A program made the translations under genes and the position numbers. Shown piece after piece: positions 1 through 13,799 of a stretch of 34,061 nt of DNA (its first letter is position 1; each line of letters opens with the position of its first letter). Source of the DNA: Octopus bimaculoides (Eukaryota); the NCBI RefSeq assembly GCF_001194135.2, contig NC_068999.1, positions 22,585,404-22,619,464 of the forward strand, written 5' to 3'. The notes below the pieces were generated by a model. The model worked only from the letters and a program-made list of their open reading frames with translations. It did no database searches and was not told the origin of the DNA.

Positions 1-330
1 TGTGTATATATATGTATATGTGTGCATGTGTATATATATGTATATGTGTGCATGTGTATATATATGTATATGTGTGCATGTGTATATATATGTATATGTG
101 TGCATGTGTATATATATATATATGTGTATATATATATATGTGTGTGTGTGTTTGTATATATAAATATGTATATGTATATATGTGTGTATGTGTGTGTATA
201 TGTATATGCGTGTGTATGTGTATGTGTGTGTATATATGTATGTGTGTGTATATATATGTTTGTGTGTATATATGTGTATGTGTGTGTGTGTATATATATA
301 TGTATATTATGTTTTTATATGTACAATGAT
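1..330. repeat. Compound (TA)n/(TG)n microsatellite
   Basis: Directly visible TA/TG dinucleotide mosaic; explains the MYMCVC-type ORFs. Confidence 0.97.
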
Positions 331-1086
331 GTTTGTGAGTGTGTGCTTGTGTTTTTAACCTATTTGCCTTGATATCACTGTTATCTTGATATATCTGCTG
401 ATTAAAATATATTACATGATAAATTTTAAACAGTTATATTCCCTTCCATTCATCAACTTGCCCATCTAATATTATTGCATTAATGAACCAGCTTAGTTTT
501 ATAACATGAAATCTTAATCAGTTATATTTTACTAACATTTATTCAGAACTGGCAGTTTTCTGTTATTGCTTGAACATTCTTTTTTCTTTTCCACAAACTA
601 AATTTTTTTTTTCTTTTTGTATATTTGAATGTTTTACAGAAAGTTGGTAATCTAACATGCACTCCTATTTATAATCTTCTATATGTTAAATCAATGCTTG
701 AGTATTTTCAACTCACGAAAATTAACTTCCCCTCTACAAAAAAAAAAACAACCAAAAAAAAAAAAACCAACAAAAAGCCAAAACAAAACAAGAGGTTTCC
801 ATTTCAGTTTTCATTTTAATATTTTTTGTTACTGTGTATTGTCCACTTTTCTTGAAATTTTAAAAATTTGATCCTCACATATACTACATGATCAGAATGA
901 TTTGAATTTTTCCCTAATGAACTTATTAACAAATAATCATGAAAATACAATGTTGCTGCTTTTAATATTCTTGTTTATTAAATGAATTCTTGAAATACAC
1001 TGTATTAAAATGAACTTGGAAAATAGAGAAATATGCTGTACAAAGCTTTTTGTGTGACCTTATGAATGGATGAGTTTGTATGCATA

Positions 1087-1221
1087 NNNNNNNNNNNNNN
1101 NNNNNNNNNNNNNNNNNNNNNNNNNNNNNNNNNNNNNNNNNNNNNNNNNNNNNNNNNNNNNNNNNNNNNNNNNNNNNNNNNNNNNNNNNNNNNNNNNNNN
1201 NNNNNNNNNNNNNNNNNNNNN
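1087..1221. other. Assembly gap (N run) next to (TA)n
   Basis: Run of N. Confidence 1.
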
Positions 1222-1738
1222 ATATATATATATATATATACACGTTTGTGTATGTATGTATGTATGTTTGTATAAAAATATAGTCTGTTTTTTTTGTTGA
1301 AAACATATTGTATGAAGATAAATTTTGAATATCCTATCATTCCAATATAGACTTTTCAAACCATATCTTTATTCTCACATTCCAAATATTCATTGTCAAA
1401 CTAATCTCTTTTTAAACTGTATATTCTTCATTATGTAAATGAAATGCCTTAAAAGATTGCCGAAGTTAACAATTTAAAAGCATTAGACTTACATACTGTT
1501 TTACATTTATTTTTTCCTATCAATTCATTTTGAAATTTGTCTTCATAAATTTAAAAACATTTCATATCAATATCGCCAAATATTTGTTTGCATTTGATAT
1601 TTGCATTTCAGCATCTAAATTGTGTAATATTAATAAAATTTATCATTAATGTAAAAAAATTAAACTCTTAGTGGAATTTATCATATATTTTATTGCAAAA
1701 ACTAGGGAGAAAATAAAATAATATTTATTCCTTTGTAG

Positions 1739-1807
1739 GAAACTGTTGGTAACATTAGGAAAACAAATATTTGAAGATGGCAACTATTATGAAATTTTGT
1801 CAATTGT
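1739..1807 (+). CDS. Candidate internal exon of an unidentified gene (KLLVTLGKQIFEDGNYYEILSI)
   Basis: Acceptor ttattcctttgtag, donor gtaaga, one open frame, 69 nt. No family recognised. Confidence 0.35.
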
Positions 1808-2353
1808 GTAAGAGTTATCACATTATGTAAAATCCATAATAGAAATAGCGTGAATACTGTGATTATTTAAAACTTTCTTGTATACAAATATTCTCACAGA
1901 AATCAGTGGATGTATGTATGACAAATAAAACTGTTGTGCATATCATGTGGGTGTAATTTTCCTTAATTTCAATGTGAAGTTTGTTATTACATGAAGTAAT
2001 AAAGACTGATAATGAAGAGCCAGCATGAATTCAATAGACATGTTTAGAGGTTGAAAGAGAATGAAAATACAAATGTTCTGGATTTGAATAAATTTGAGAT
2101 CTATAAGGAAGATTCTTTTTATTTTATTTTCATTTTACCTTTATTTTAATTTTTTCCCCATTTATGACTGCTTATTTATCTTCTTTTAGCAGAGAAATAT
2201 AACTCACTCATTAGAGTTTATATAATTCTGAGATGAACCTCCACTCAGTTACAATATTAATATTCAAATTATAAATGGCTACAGTGATGTATGGTAATCA
2301 GAAATTAAATCATCAATTAAAAAGAAAAAAAAATGCACAGTTAATTTAATCAG

Positions 2354-2430
2354 AAATACAAATAATAGCTATAGTTGAAAATGATAGCTATCACTGTTGG
2401 AGTGGTGTACTGAAAACTTCTTTCAAGGAT
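2354..2430 (+). CDS. Candidate internal exon (IQIIAIVENDSYHCWSGVLKTSFKD)
   Basis: Acceptor ttaatttaatcag, donor gtaaga, open frame. Confidence 0.35.
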
Positions 2431-2894
2431 GTAAGAATTGGCTTCAGTTTTAATTGTAATTTTAATATTTTTTGTGGCTGTTTTTATAACAAGATGACAT
2501 TTTCCCGGTTACTAGGTTACCACTTAACTCTTCATGTCATATGTTCAAGTTGACCCTTTGAAATTCTCTCTCCAGGTCATTCACTATAAATGAAAATTAC
2601 TGGTATGAGGGCTGAGTAAAAAAAGAAATAGGTTGATTTGAACCTGTACCACAAGCTTGGCTTGCAGGCAACGTAACATTATCATATAGTGCTTATACAC
2701 AAAATGGTTATTCTTACCTTAAATCTAAAACAAATGGAAAACTTTGATTAAATTTCAGTTATTTTAGTTGTTATGAGTTTACTAACTTGTTGAATATTTA
2801 CTAAATATCAATACAAGAAATATTTACAGTTTTAAGTAAAGTCAAGCTTAGTTATAACTTAATCAAGTGTTTCTTGAGAGATAGAATTTCTGAG

Positions 2895-4400
2895 TGCATG
2901 AGCTTTTGCAATGCTCTAATGTTCTGTTCTACCCCAAATTGCCAATGACTATACTGCCCCTCCTGAGACCAGCTTGTGTCTACTACAATACTTCAACACA
3001 TCTTTCCTTCAGCCCTCACCAACCTTATTGTCTTCACACCACGTATCTGTACCATCCATTTCCTCTCAAGATCTATAAAGCCAATATTACTGGTCACCTC
3101 ATTGTTTCTGTTTGCAACTGCCCCTACAAAACCTACTTCTACATACATGAACTAACTCTCCTTACTATTGATACTATCCTTTTCCTTCTCTTCTGGTCCT
3201 CCTGGCTAATTCCAATCACTTTTTACTGTTGATATTATCTCCTCACCATAATCCCCTTCTTATATTAATGGACACACAGTCCTCAAATTCTTTCTGGACT
3301 GTTGCACTAAACTTAAACTTGGCATCCTTTACTCAGCCTCACTGAACTAATCCTTCTTTTTCATCAACTTCTTTTTGTAAGTGTTTTAATATCATATTAT
3401 TGAGATGAGCATGGGCACTAATTATGCCAACCTTTTGGTTAATCTGAGGCCTAGATCCTCACTTGTTTCGTTGATTCTACTCCAGAGCTATATGTTCATC
3501 TAAATAACTGTATTAATACCACCTGTCTTACTCATGAACAACTCACCTCTTTCATTTACTTTGTCAGCTCTACCCCAGAATTCTCTTCTTACATCTAACT
3601 CCCATCAACTCTGATATCTCCATGTCATTTGACAACCCCAACCTCTCTACCTATGGCTTTTACAAACTTACTGTCCATACCTCAATTTCCTTCCATCCTA
3701 CTCACAATTCTGTCACTTCTACTATCTGTTTAGACTCTTTCAAGGCTTAGGTCCTTTCAAATGATTCACTTTTCCACTTATGATGTTACCTCAACCAGCT
3801 ATCAATATACTTCAATATTGACTACACTTCTATCATTTTTACCTGTACCCACCCCACCAACAATATTTCCTTCACCTCTCATCCTTCCATCTGACCTTTC
3901 TGGTACACCATTCCACAACCCAATCTCTCCAGCACACTACCTTTTCCAATTTCTGTCTTCTCTAAACTGGCCCTGTTCCTGCTTCAAGATCTTTCTCTTC
4001 ATACAGATCATTACTACTCTGCAATGTTCCAGATGCACTTTCTATGTCACTGACTGCTTTACTTGCACTTCCAAATATGCTATCTGTTGTATTAAATGTT
4101 AACTTATTGGCATATTATATATAGGAGAAACTGGTTGGAAGTTAGCTGATCATTTTACAGAGCATTTGTTGGATGCTCAACAAAATAGTAACCGATCACT
4201 TAAAATCATTGCCTACTACTTCAATACTGCAAGCTTCCTTCATTTTACTGTTTTTAATTTCTTACCATCACATCCTCCTGCACCTCAACTCCTTTGTGGA
4301 CAACTGTTAATTTTCTGTTTAGATACACTACATTCTTAAATCTCAGTAATTGACCAGCTTTCCTCTAACCCATATACCTATATTTTCACACTGATAAACA
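2895..4400 (+). mobile_element. Decayed Penelope-like retroelement (RT + GIY-YIG endonuclease)
   Basis: Collinear degenerate motifs: KIYKANITGHLIVSVCNCP (~PKIHKPNNPGRPIVSACSCP), MGTNYANLL (~MGPNYANLF), DISMSF..LSTYGFYK (~FLDIS..LSTSIYYKP), IFPSPLI, FTCTS..CIKC..LYIGETGWKLADHFTEHL (GIY-YIG). Many stops and frameshifts. Confidence 0.85.
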
Positions 4401-4982
4401 TCCACACATGTTCACACTACCCCTTTTTCAATGCATACATGATACTTTGTGTATTCAAAAAACAAAAATTACATCCTGTTATGTCTATCACCACTATTCT
4501 ATCAGTGTCACTGCTACTACTGCCATCTTTTACACAGGCATACTAACTCACTCTCTTACACATACACACAGCTAACTCCTTAAGTATATGACTAACATAA
4601 ACCTACTACTTAATCAATACACTCTCCTTCTTAGCAACCACTTGCCTCCCCCTACTTCTGTTTCACCATTATTGACCATGCTGGCTCTATTAACACATTT
4701 TGTTTTGTTCTCCAACTCAATTTTTTTTCTCTTCTCCAAAATGTTGATAGTTCTTCCTTTCCTTCAGTGGTATTTCATTGTACTGCTGTTTGTTCTTTGT
4801 TAATTGCTTTTGTTCATAAATTGCCTTCTGGATGGGTTGTGAATTCATATTCAATGCAGGCATCTCACAGTGTATCTGGGCAAGACACTTCATGTTACAT
4901 TGTTTCAGTTTATGTCATGATGAAGAATAAGCAAGTTAACTGTACTTGCTTGGGAATATTATTTCTCTTTTTCATTTACTAG

Positions 4983-5040
4983 ATGCTACACAAACTGGAA
5001 ACAAACATTGTCCTTATGAAACTTGGTGGTTCGTGAAATT
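4983..5040 (+). CDS. Candidate internal exon (ATQTGNKHCPYETWWFVK)
   Basis: Strong acceptor atttctctttttcatttactag, donor gtaaac, open frame. Confidence 0.35.
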
Positions 5041-6068
5041 GTAAACTTTTATTCCTGTTGTGTGTGTTTGAGTGTGTGCATACATAATTTTGTTAAGCCA
5101 TAAATATTATATGGAAGAGCTTGTCTTCCAGCTCAAATCTTGGGTGTTGAAAACAGAAATTTTTCATGTTATCATTGTGTTACTTGATTCTGTTGCTTCT
5201 GTTTTATCACATGAATAGAACAGTTTGTTATTGTATTGTAAGAATATTGTTTTGCTTTTCCTTATATTTTGATTTTAAGATGTAAACCAAAACAAAGAGG
5301 AAATCAAATGTTTTCAAATTTATTTTGTTCTTTTCAAGGAAAGGATTTTATAAAATGTCTTTTGTGCATTTTAACAATAATAATAATAATAATAATAATA
5401 ATCATTCTATCTCATGACACTATATATATATATATATATATATAAACACAGTCTGTAAAGTAATTTTGAGGCTATAGTTTAAGATTATGAAAATATTATG
5501 AAATCAGCAGCTATACTAAAACTACATTCGTTTAATTGTGTCTCATCATCTATAGTGTAGGTGATGTGTGATTTTTTGTTAAAGAAAGGACACAATAGAC
5601 ATTGTAGTATCTCATGGTTATGACTAAAAGAGCTTTTTTGATCAATGGTTTATTTGATCACTTCTGATATGAGGCTAAATAACAAGTATTTTGTCTTACA
5701 AGTGATACAAATGTAAAGTTTTGATTAAAATTTGAGATGGTGTAAAAAGAAAATATTAAATTTAATATTAATTATTCTATTTAAAATACTTTCTTAAGGT
5801 TTTAATTGTAATATTTTATTCTCTTGAGAATAATTAGCATGTATAGTATTGATGAGTAAAGTATAAAACTGACTTTAGACGATAGAGGAATATATATAGT
5901 GAATCTATATCTGTCCTATATATTCAATAACTTTTCTTTATTTTCATATCATAAGCTGTGAGTTTCAAAAATAATCACCTGTTAAATTGTTTATTTGGAA
6001 TAACTCAAACTATTTTTCACTTAGTGTTTACTAAAATATTTCAGTTTAATAAGAATGTTAACCAATAA

Positions 6069-6294
6069 GGTGTTGAGCTGGCAGAAACGTTAGCACGCTG
6101 GGCGAAATGCTTAGTGGTATTTCATCTACTGTTACGTTCTGAGTTCAAATTCCGCCGAGGTCGACTTTGCCTTTCATCCTTTCGGGGTCAATAAATTAAG
6201 TACCAGTTATGTACTGGGTCGATGTAATCGACTTAATCCCTTTGTCTGTCTTTGTTTGTCCCTTCTATGTTTAGCCCCTTGTGGGCAATAAAGA
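6069..6294 (+). mobile_element. tRNA-derived SINE, family A (gagctggcagaaacgttagc head)
   Basis: A/B-box-like head (gagttcaaattcc), body gactttgcctttcatcctttcggggtc; flanked by 21-bp direct repeat aataagaatgttaaccaataa (6048-6068 / 6295-6315). Confidence 0.93.
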
Positions 6295-7314
6295 AATAAG
6301 AATGTTAACCAATAAAATTGTATACCACCCCTATTATATGCTAACGTTAAATTGTTACTCCTCTGAAGTTTCTTATATTCCATTTGGTTGAAACATTTTC
6401 CCCCTATTTTCTCTGTCATAAAGAATTCTTTGCCGATCAGTTTTGCCAAAATGGATTTGATTTGAAGAAACTGCCAGATTATTAATTGAAAATAAATTTT
6501 TTGCTGCTCCTTTTTAGTTATTATTATTAGTATTTTATTATTAGTTATTATTTATTATTGTTTTTACTAAACACAGGTCCAGAACTAATTGATTTCTCTT
6601 TTAATTGGCCTCTGTTTCAATTATTTTTAAGTGACACAATATGTACATATGTAACTTGTGTGTGTGTGTGTGTGCATTTATATATGCATAAACATACAAT
6701 CATATGCCCTCAGTAGTGTAGGCTGAAACTCAGGACACAATTATATCATGTAATAACCAGTGTAACAAAACTTGTTTAGGGTTAAAGGAATAAAGACCTT
6801 GACGTGCCTAAATCATAGGTTCTATCGTATTCAGTTATTTTGATCTGGAGCATGGTTCTGAATATAAAAATCTTTAAAACACACATACAAAGACAAGATA
6901 AATGCAAACACTCCAAATCATTGCAGTATTATTAATGGTTTTGAGCATTCAAGCATTTTTTTTATTATATCTAAAATTACAATGGAAGATATTGTCCCTG
7001 TTTAACTAAATTATCATCACCCTAACATTTCCTTGTCTTTTGAGTTTTATTCAATTAATTTCATAAAAAAATATTTCTTTCTTTCAAATCTTTCATGGAT
7101 CAGTAACCTGAATGCCTGTTAAGTACCACACTTAGTTTAATTGAATAAACAATCACCCCAAAACATGTAGCCGTTTGCTTATGCCACAAAGTACTTCTTA
7201 TTTAGTCATGGAACCTTAAATTATTGGGAAGATGAGAATTCTTACAATTCTTCAAAACAATGGTTATATAACAGTTTCCCATTTCTTTAAACAGTTCTTT
7301 GCATTCTATTGAAT

Positions 7315-7800
7315 TCTAGAAATTTTTTTGTGTTGCAGGGTTTGGATAGTAAAGGGCAGACAAAGCAGTGCTCCTGGGTATAGTCTGCTTCTCCACCTTC
7401 AAAGATGGTTGGGCTAGTCTTGTATCTCGTCTGACCAAAACAGCTTTTGACCATCCTTTTCTTGTTCTCCGGTGGTTGAGTATCTTCTACTGAATCCATG
7501 ATGTTTCAGAACCAGGAAGGAGGTCTTCAGCAGTGGGGATTTCCTTATCAATCGGATGAAGGGCATTCTCAAGCTTTTCCATCCAGAGCTGGAGTCTGGA
7601 TTTTGCTTGAGATGTTGTTAGAGGCTGGATATGACTGAAGAAGTTTTTTGTTGACTATCATTAGGTCAGGAGTTCACATCCATGGAAGATGTGGTGTTCA
7701 TTACTGATAGCCTTTGCCATCTTGACTTAACTGACCACTCCTTGACTGATATCAGTAGGGGCAACACAAATGAGGACATGCAAGTTGTTTGTGTCAGTGG
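7315..7800 (-). mobile_element. 3' end of a decayed non-LTR retrotransposon (RTE-X-like C-terminus)
   Basis: Minus-strand frames give LWMEKLE..LLPGSETSWIQ*KILNHRRTRKGWSK and QEHCFVCPLLSKPC, matching the PG..W..LNRLRT..K/H...CP tail of RTE-X-type ORF2; ends in an A-run. Confidence 0.65.
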
Positions 7801-8046
7801 GTTACTTATAAACAGTGATTAGGTGGCAGGTATTTTTCAAGGTAGAAGCATACATATTTCAATCCCTTTCATGTAATACTCGGTATTACCTGGGAATTCT
7901 GTCAAACACTTTGAAGCTGAATCAGGGATGAGAATTGTTAATTTCTTTTGGAAAGCCATTTGTGTTCTTGAAATTTAAAACTCATTTCTAAATGTACTGG
8001 TGCATAGGTATCAAAGTAGTAGTAAATATGGAAATGAATTTTAAAT

Positions 8047-8300
8047 TATATATATATGTATATATGTATATATGTATATGTATATGTATGTACATGTATA
8101 ATAAATAGGTGCATTTGCATATATATGTGCATGTGTAATACAATGTGTATATATATAATATCCATGCATACTATGTGTATATATAATGTACACACACACA
8201 CATGTATATAATGTACACACACACACACACGTGTATATAATGTACACACACACACACACATATATAATATATGTATACATATATATATATATATATATGT
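8047..8300. repeat. Compound TA/CA microsatellite
   Basis: Direct inspection. Confidence 0.95.
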
Positions 8301-9879
8301 GATATATAGTGCATATGTAAACGATACATAATGTAAAATTTTCTTTCAGTCTGTTACAGGCATTTATTTTAGCAAGCATAGTTAACTGTGCAAACAAGGG
8401 AACTATGAGGCATGGAAACCTCTAGTTGGCCCTTTATCGTCTATACTATCCCCACTGCTCTGCTGTTATAATAATATTTAGGATCAGTCTAAAAAATATT
8501 GCACAACAAATAATATTTTTGAAAGAATTTGATGCAAAGTAAACCAAGGCATTTTTAAATGGCTGTGTCCTAAGTTTTAGCCTACAGTTATGAGTATTAG
8601 TGAGGTGTGCATGTGAGTGTGTATGTATTATATATATACACAGAGAAAGAGAGAGAGAGAGAGAGGTGCATTTACATGCATGGGAGTAGGTATGCAATTA
8701 TACATTCTTATAGGAATGTACAAAAAATTCACATACAAATGCATAGATAATGTTTGTGTCTGTGTGTATATGTATGTATATAAATTTATATATTTTTGTT
8801 TTATTTTTAATACGTGTAGGTTATTTTTGTTTTTTGCATTTTAAATTGTTTTATATACGTTTCTATATACATTTTGCATCTTCAAAATGCTTTATTTTGT
8901 CCATTTTATTGTGTTGAACATTTTAATTTTTTATTTTGAGGAGTGAATGGACAAAATTTGAATTTTAAAACCAATATTAACTGTCAATATCTAGTGAGAA
9001 TATTGTATATTTTACACAAAAATTTAATTTTTTTTAAATTTTGTTTTTTGAGAAAATATTTATTTTTATCTTTTGAAATTATTTGTTAATTGCTGTACTG
9101 TAACGAGCTCACTTCATATCAACCTCAATATTTTGTCTTTTTATTAATAATAAAAAAAAATGTTTTGAAGTTTTTTTCAAACTTGTAGGTAATGTATGAA
9201 GACTAATGAGTGGAAAATCATTCTCCACGTCCATGGTATATTTATTATATTTTGAAATCATAATAAATGTACTACCTCCTTCCTATGTGATGTAAATTTT
9301 CACTTGGGTTTCTTTTCCTTGATTTCTAGGATTATATTTTAATTGTTTTTTCATATCATTGACAATTGGTTGTGTTATGTTCCTTTTGAATCATTTATCA
9401 GATACAAGGAAAATAAAATGTTTAAAGAATTTAAGTCTCATGTTTTCTGTTCCGTTTTTCTTTTTCTAATTAGGATTCCTCAAAGTTATTGTTAGTGTTG
9501 TGTCACTATTGCCTTACTGACTCACAGCTTCTACCTTGTTCTGGTACTGCATTGTTTAATGAAGATGCTTAATTGTTTGCTTGTCCAGCCCACTCTGCTG
9601 TTAGTTACATGATGGAAATACACATTAACTACTGTAAACCAAGACTGAAAATACAGGTTAATGTGATGTTGGGAATGTTATCTACAATGAAACCCTGGGA
9701 AGGTGTTAGATAAAGAAAATAGGAGAGCAACTTCATGAGGTCATATCAAAAGCAACTATCATTAGACTTTCTGGCTGGATTTTTCCAAGTGTGACCAATT
9801 GAGACAATGGATATTATCCAACTGTCTTGTTCTTGGTCTACTCCTTGATCTCCTGTGGTTGGCTTTGCTTAAAGAATCC

Positions 9880-10310
9880 ATCTTGTGACTCTTTCCTAGA
9901 AATTAATGTTGCAAAGACTGAGACATTGATCCTTTCAAGAAAGTCTTCCCTGTGCACCCTGCATGTTAGTAGAACATCACTGAGACAAAAGGTGAAGTTT
10001 AAGTATCTCACAGATGTATTTATGAATGATGTAAGGTAAGAGGCTGAATTTGATACTAGAATTACAGATGCTGGCACAGAAGTCTGCCAGCTCCAACATA
10101 TGACCTTTGGAAGAGCAGAGAGTAGTAAAAAAAGCTAAGCTCTCTATCTTCAAGCTGGTTTTTGTGCCTATCCTCACCTATGGTCATGAATGTTGAGTAA
10201 TGACTAAAGCAGTACAGTCACAAATACAAGTGTGGTTCTTCCAAAGTATTTCTGGAGTAATGATACTTGACAGGTTGTGTAACTTGGAGGTCAAGGAATC
10301 TCTGAGAGGT
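9880..10310 (+). mobile_element. Decayed RTE-clade LINE, RT C-terminal part
   Basis: INVAKTE..KFKYL..DTRI..KAKLSIFKLVFVPILTYGHEC*VMT, the typical RTE-1/Expander KAKLSIY..PTLTYGHE.W motif. Confidence 0.85.
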
Positions 10311-10548
10311 CACAGCTCTGGTGCTACAAGCATGTTATTAAAATGTCATAGATAATAATAATAATAATATAAATGTAATTGTCAAGTAAATTTCCTGAAA
10401 ATCACATCCTGCTATCTTAAAGAAGGATATTTTGATTATTGATATACAAATGAAATGATGATCTCAACTGGAGCACTTTTGATCATAGTTTACATGATTA
10501 GAGTTCACATAAGAACAAAGAACCACTAATCAACCAACATACTGTTTC

Positions 10549-10915
10549 CTACTGGTGTGGGCATGGCTGAGTGGTTAAGAAGCTTGCTTTGGAACCACAT
10601 GGTTTTAGCTTCAGTCTCACTGCATAGCACCTTAGGCAAGTGCCTTCTACTATAGTTCTGGGATAACCAATGTGTTGTGAGTGAATTTGGTAACTAGAAA
10701 CTGTGTGGAAGTCTTTATGTTGTATGTGTCTATCTCTGTGTGACAACCAGTGTTATTTTATTTACTTCCTTGAAACTTAACAATTCAGCAAAAAAGACTG
10801 ATAGAATAAATTCCGGACTCAAAACAAAAATAACTGGGATCAATTTGTTCAACTGAACCCTTTAAGTCAATACCCCAGCATGACCACAGTTCAATGAATG
10901 AAATAAAAAAAAGAA
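10549..10915 (+). mobile_element. tRNA-derived SINE, family B (CORE-like ccttgggcaagtg motif)
   Basis: Head tggctgagtggttaagaagcttg; caccttaggcaagtg; similar to 12654 and 28440 copies. Confidence 0.85.
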
Positions 10916-11039
10916 AGGAAAGGTAATTCTTGTACTTATTTCTCCTCATCATCATTCTGTTCCATTCCACATGGCTGCAATTGTTTGGAAGTGCTCTCTG
11001 TCCACATTATTGTTTAACTCCAGTCAGACAAACATAATC

Positions 11040-12610
11040 ATAAATGTTGATCAAAGAATTTTTTTGTAAATGATAGTCTGTTTTTAAAAGCCATATTGAT
11101 ATATTTATAATGCAAGTCTGTTAGATGCTATTTCAAAAAATGCTAGATTGTTTGAGAATATTAGTTTAGTAGACAATTCCTGACTATAAAAGACATGACT
11201 AGTGATATTCAAGTTTCCTTGAAACAAGCAGCATACACTTTGCTTTATTCAATAGCTGTTGAGAAAACAGATATCGTAAATGCAGCACAATTGGTTATAT
11301 TTGCACATGGGATTACTTGCCTTAACCCTTTTGTTACTATATTCATTTTGAGATGCTCTGTGTTTCTTTCAATTACTTTAAATATAACAAAGAATTTAGT
11401 AAAATAACTTAGTTATCATTCAGCTAGTGTTAGGAACATAAATTGTGACCAAGGTTTAGTGAAAGATTTTAATTAAAAACTTATGAAAACAAGACATTTA
11501 TACTCAGAGCCAGAGTTGGTTTCAGCTGGGCTGGTAATGAAAGGGCTGAGGTTGATGTATGAAACTATGTGAAATGAAAATCATTTTTCTGAATTAATAT
11601 CAACGAGAACTGATTTTGATTTGCCTTTAACATAATTGCAGATAGTGTGTCATGTATGATAGGGTCTCAAAAAGGGCTTTGTTTTCTTAATCAGAAAAAG
11701 AATTGGTGAACCTTCTACTGGATTATAATAACCTTAATGCATCACTGTCTTATTTAACAATAAAATTTTGAGCACATTTTCTAAGAATGAACAAAGTGAT
11801 GAAAACGGTAACAAAAAGTATTAACTTTACAAAAAAATGGCATGAATCACAGAGAATTTAAATATGTTTTGAAGAGCCTTGAAATGAAATATGGAGATTT
11901 TATTGAACTATTGTGAGGTTTACTGATGAAGTAAAAGATGAAATGCAAACTGTTTATGAATGTTGAAAGCATTCCCATTATGGAATTAGAGGATTGGAAA
12001 TAGCTGTAATTTGACATAGCTGTAATTTGACATTTTTGATCAATATCAGTAACCATGTAAACGATCTAAATTTGAGATTACAAGAGACTGAATCAGCTTA
12101 CTACCTCTCTCATTATCAACATAAATCACTGATGCAATTATTAACTCATCTGAAAAGATACTACTTGCAGCATTTTCCAACATTGAGTATAGACCAGACT
12201 GAACAATGGAATATGTCACAAATTGTTTCAAAAGAAGTTTTGAGATTGCAGACTCACAAGTAGCTTGAACTACTAACGCATGAAATTCCTTGTGATGTGA
12301 AACCAGATGAAACTCCTGATTCTTTGGAACTCAAATTAATCACTTTAGAATCAGATTAAAGTTTTGAAATTCAAATTTAATAGGATTTATAAAATTCCAA
12401 ATAGATAAAGTATGTAGATATTGAAAAAATATTCACTTATGAGGAATCACACATTGAAAATTGCATAATTTTTTTTTCTACCATTGACTGATATGAATAA
12501 TTTTTCTAAATAAATTTAGTTAAGAATCACTTGAAACCAACTAAGAGCTGCAAATGTCATCATGCTTAGCCAATATCATTGAGCTTTCTAATGCAATGAA
12601 GAACCAATTA
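11040..12610 (+). mobile_element. Decayed hAT (SPIN/Charlie, GTF2IRD2-like) transposase
   Basis: LFENISL, DMTSDIQVSLKQAA..YSIAV.KTDIVNAAQLVIF (~FSLALDESTD..AQL.IF), MHHCLI, MNHREF, FLINISNHVNDLNLRLQ; collinear and interrupted by stops. Confidence 0.85.
11322..11552. mobile_element. Short non-autonomous element inserted in the hAT relic (TTAA-CCCTTT...AAAGGG ends, piggyBac-type MITE)
   Basis: Left end ttaacccttttgttac, right end gtaatgaaagggctga (degenerate aaagggttaa); interrupts the hAT frame. Confidence 0.55.
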
Positions 12611-12653
12611 TAATGCAAGATAAGTTTTATTAACTCTGAAAAATGCTATTTGG

Positions 12654-13190
12654 GTGGAGGCATGGCTGTGTGGTTAAGAAGCTTGATTTGTAACCATGTG
12701 GTTTTTGGATCAGTCCTATTGTGTGACACTTTGAGCTAGTGTCTTCTGTGTAGCTCCAGAAAAATCAATACTTTGTGAATGAGTTTGGCTGATGGAAGCT
12801 GTGTGAAGCGTTTAAGGTGGCGAGCTGATAGAAACGTTAGCACACCGGGCAAAATGCTTAGTGGTATTTCGTCTGCCATTATGTTCTGTGTTCAAATTCC
12901 GCCGAGGTCGACTTTGCCTTTCATCCTTTCAGGGTCGATAAATTAAGTACCAGCAGTTACGCACTGGGGTCGATGTAATCGACTTAATCCCTTTGTCTGT
13001 CCTTGTTTGTTCCCTCTATGTTTAGCCCCTTGTGGGCAATAAAGAAATAGGAAACTCTGTGAAGCTTGTATATATGTGTGTGTGCATGTGTGTATTTGTC
13101 ACCTCCACCACTGGACAACTAGTGTTGATTTGCTTACATCTCCATAACTTAGTGACTGATAGAATAAGTGTCAGTCTTCAAAAAAAAAAA
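12654..13190 (+). mobile_element. Family B SINE interrupted by a family A SINE
   Basis: Head ggaggcatggctgtgtggttaagaagcttg; body resumes at 13051 (ggaaactctgtgaagc) after the nested copy. Confidence 0.8.
12814..13050 (+). mobile_element. tRNA-derived SINE, family A, nested
   Basis: Collinear with and highly similar to 6069-6294, including the gtgggcaataaagaaata tail. Confidence 0.92.
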
Positions 13191-13799
13191 AACCCATTTA
13201 TTTTCTGTGTTAGGTTTATGTGTAGTGTTGGGGGTTGAATGAACTGGTCTGAATCTTCAGTGTGATTTGGAGAGTGAGATGTGTGGATTAGTGATTTCAA
13301 GGATTAACCTGTCAATTTCGAGAGTGTGTACTGGAGGGTGAGGCATCTTACATGATGTTGCTACCTTTGTGCTTTTAGAATAGTGAAGATTTTCCTACCT
13401 TCCAGATTCTGCAGATTTGATTATTATAAGTACTTGTTACTTAACTCCAGGCCAGTCGTGACCAATCTAACTAACATTTATTTAGACTTGTTTACCATTG
13501 TCAGGTTTTATTCACCATTTAACAAACATATTTTTACTTGCTACAAACTGGAAGATGACCTCAAAACTAGAACAAACAAGGGAGGCTACTTTGTTCTATA
13601 ATTAGAGATTATAGTTCATATCCCCACCATATTTACTTGTGTATTAGTCGAACTCTTAATTTAGTGTTAAATTTTGATACTATTTTTTTCCCTTCATAGT
13701 TTTAGCTTTACTCTGTGTATAAGTCACATCCCAGTTTTTGTAGTTAAAATCAAGTATAAAATACTGTGACTTATACACAAGTAAAGATGGTATATATTG

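Noticed and set aside
12-372. Cys/Tyr/Val-rich ORFs (also at 8041, 31508-32219)
   Set aside because: Translations of dinucleotide microsatellites.
2895-4100. Initial reading as a CR1/L2 LINE
   Set aside because: GIY-YIG and Penelope RT motifs fit better.
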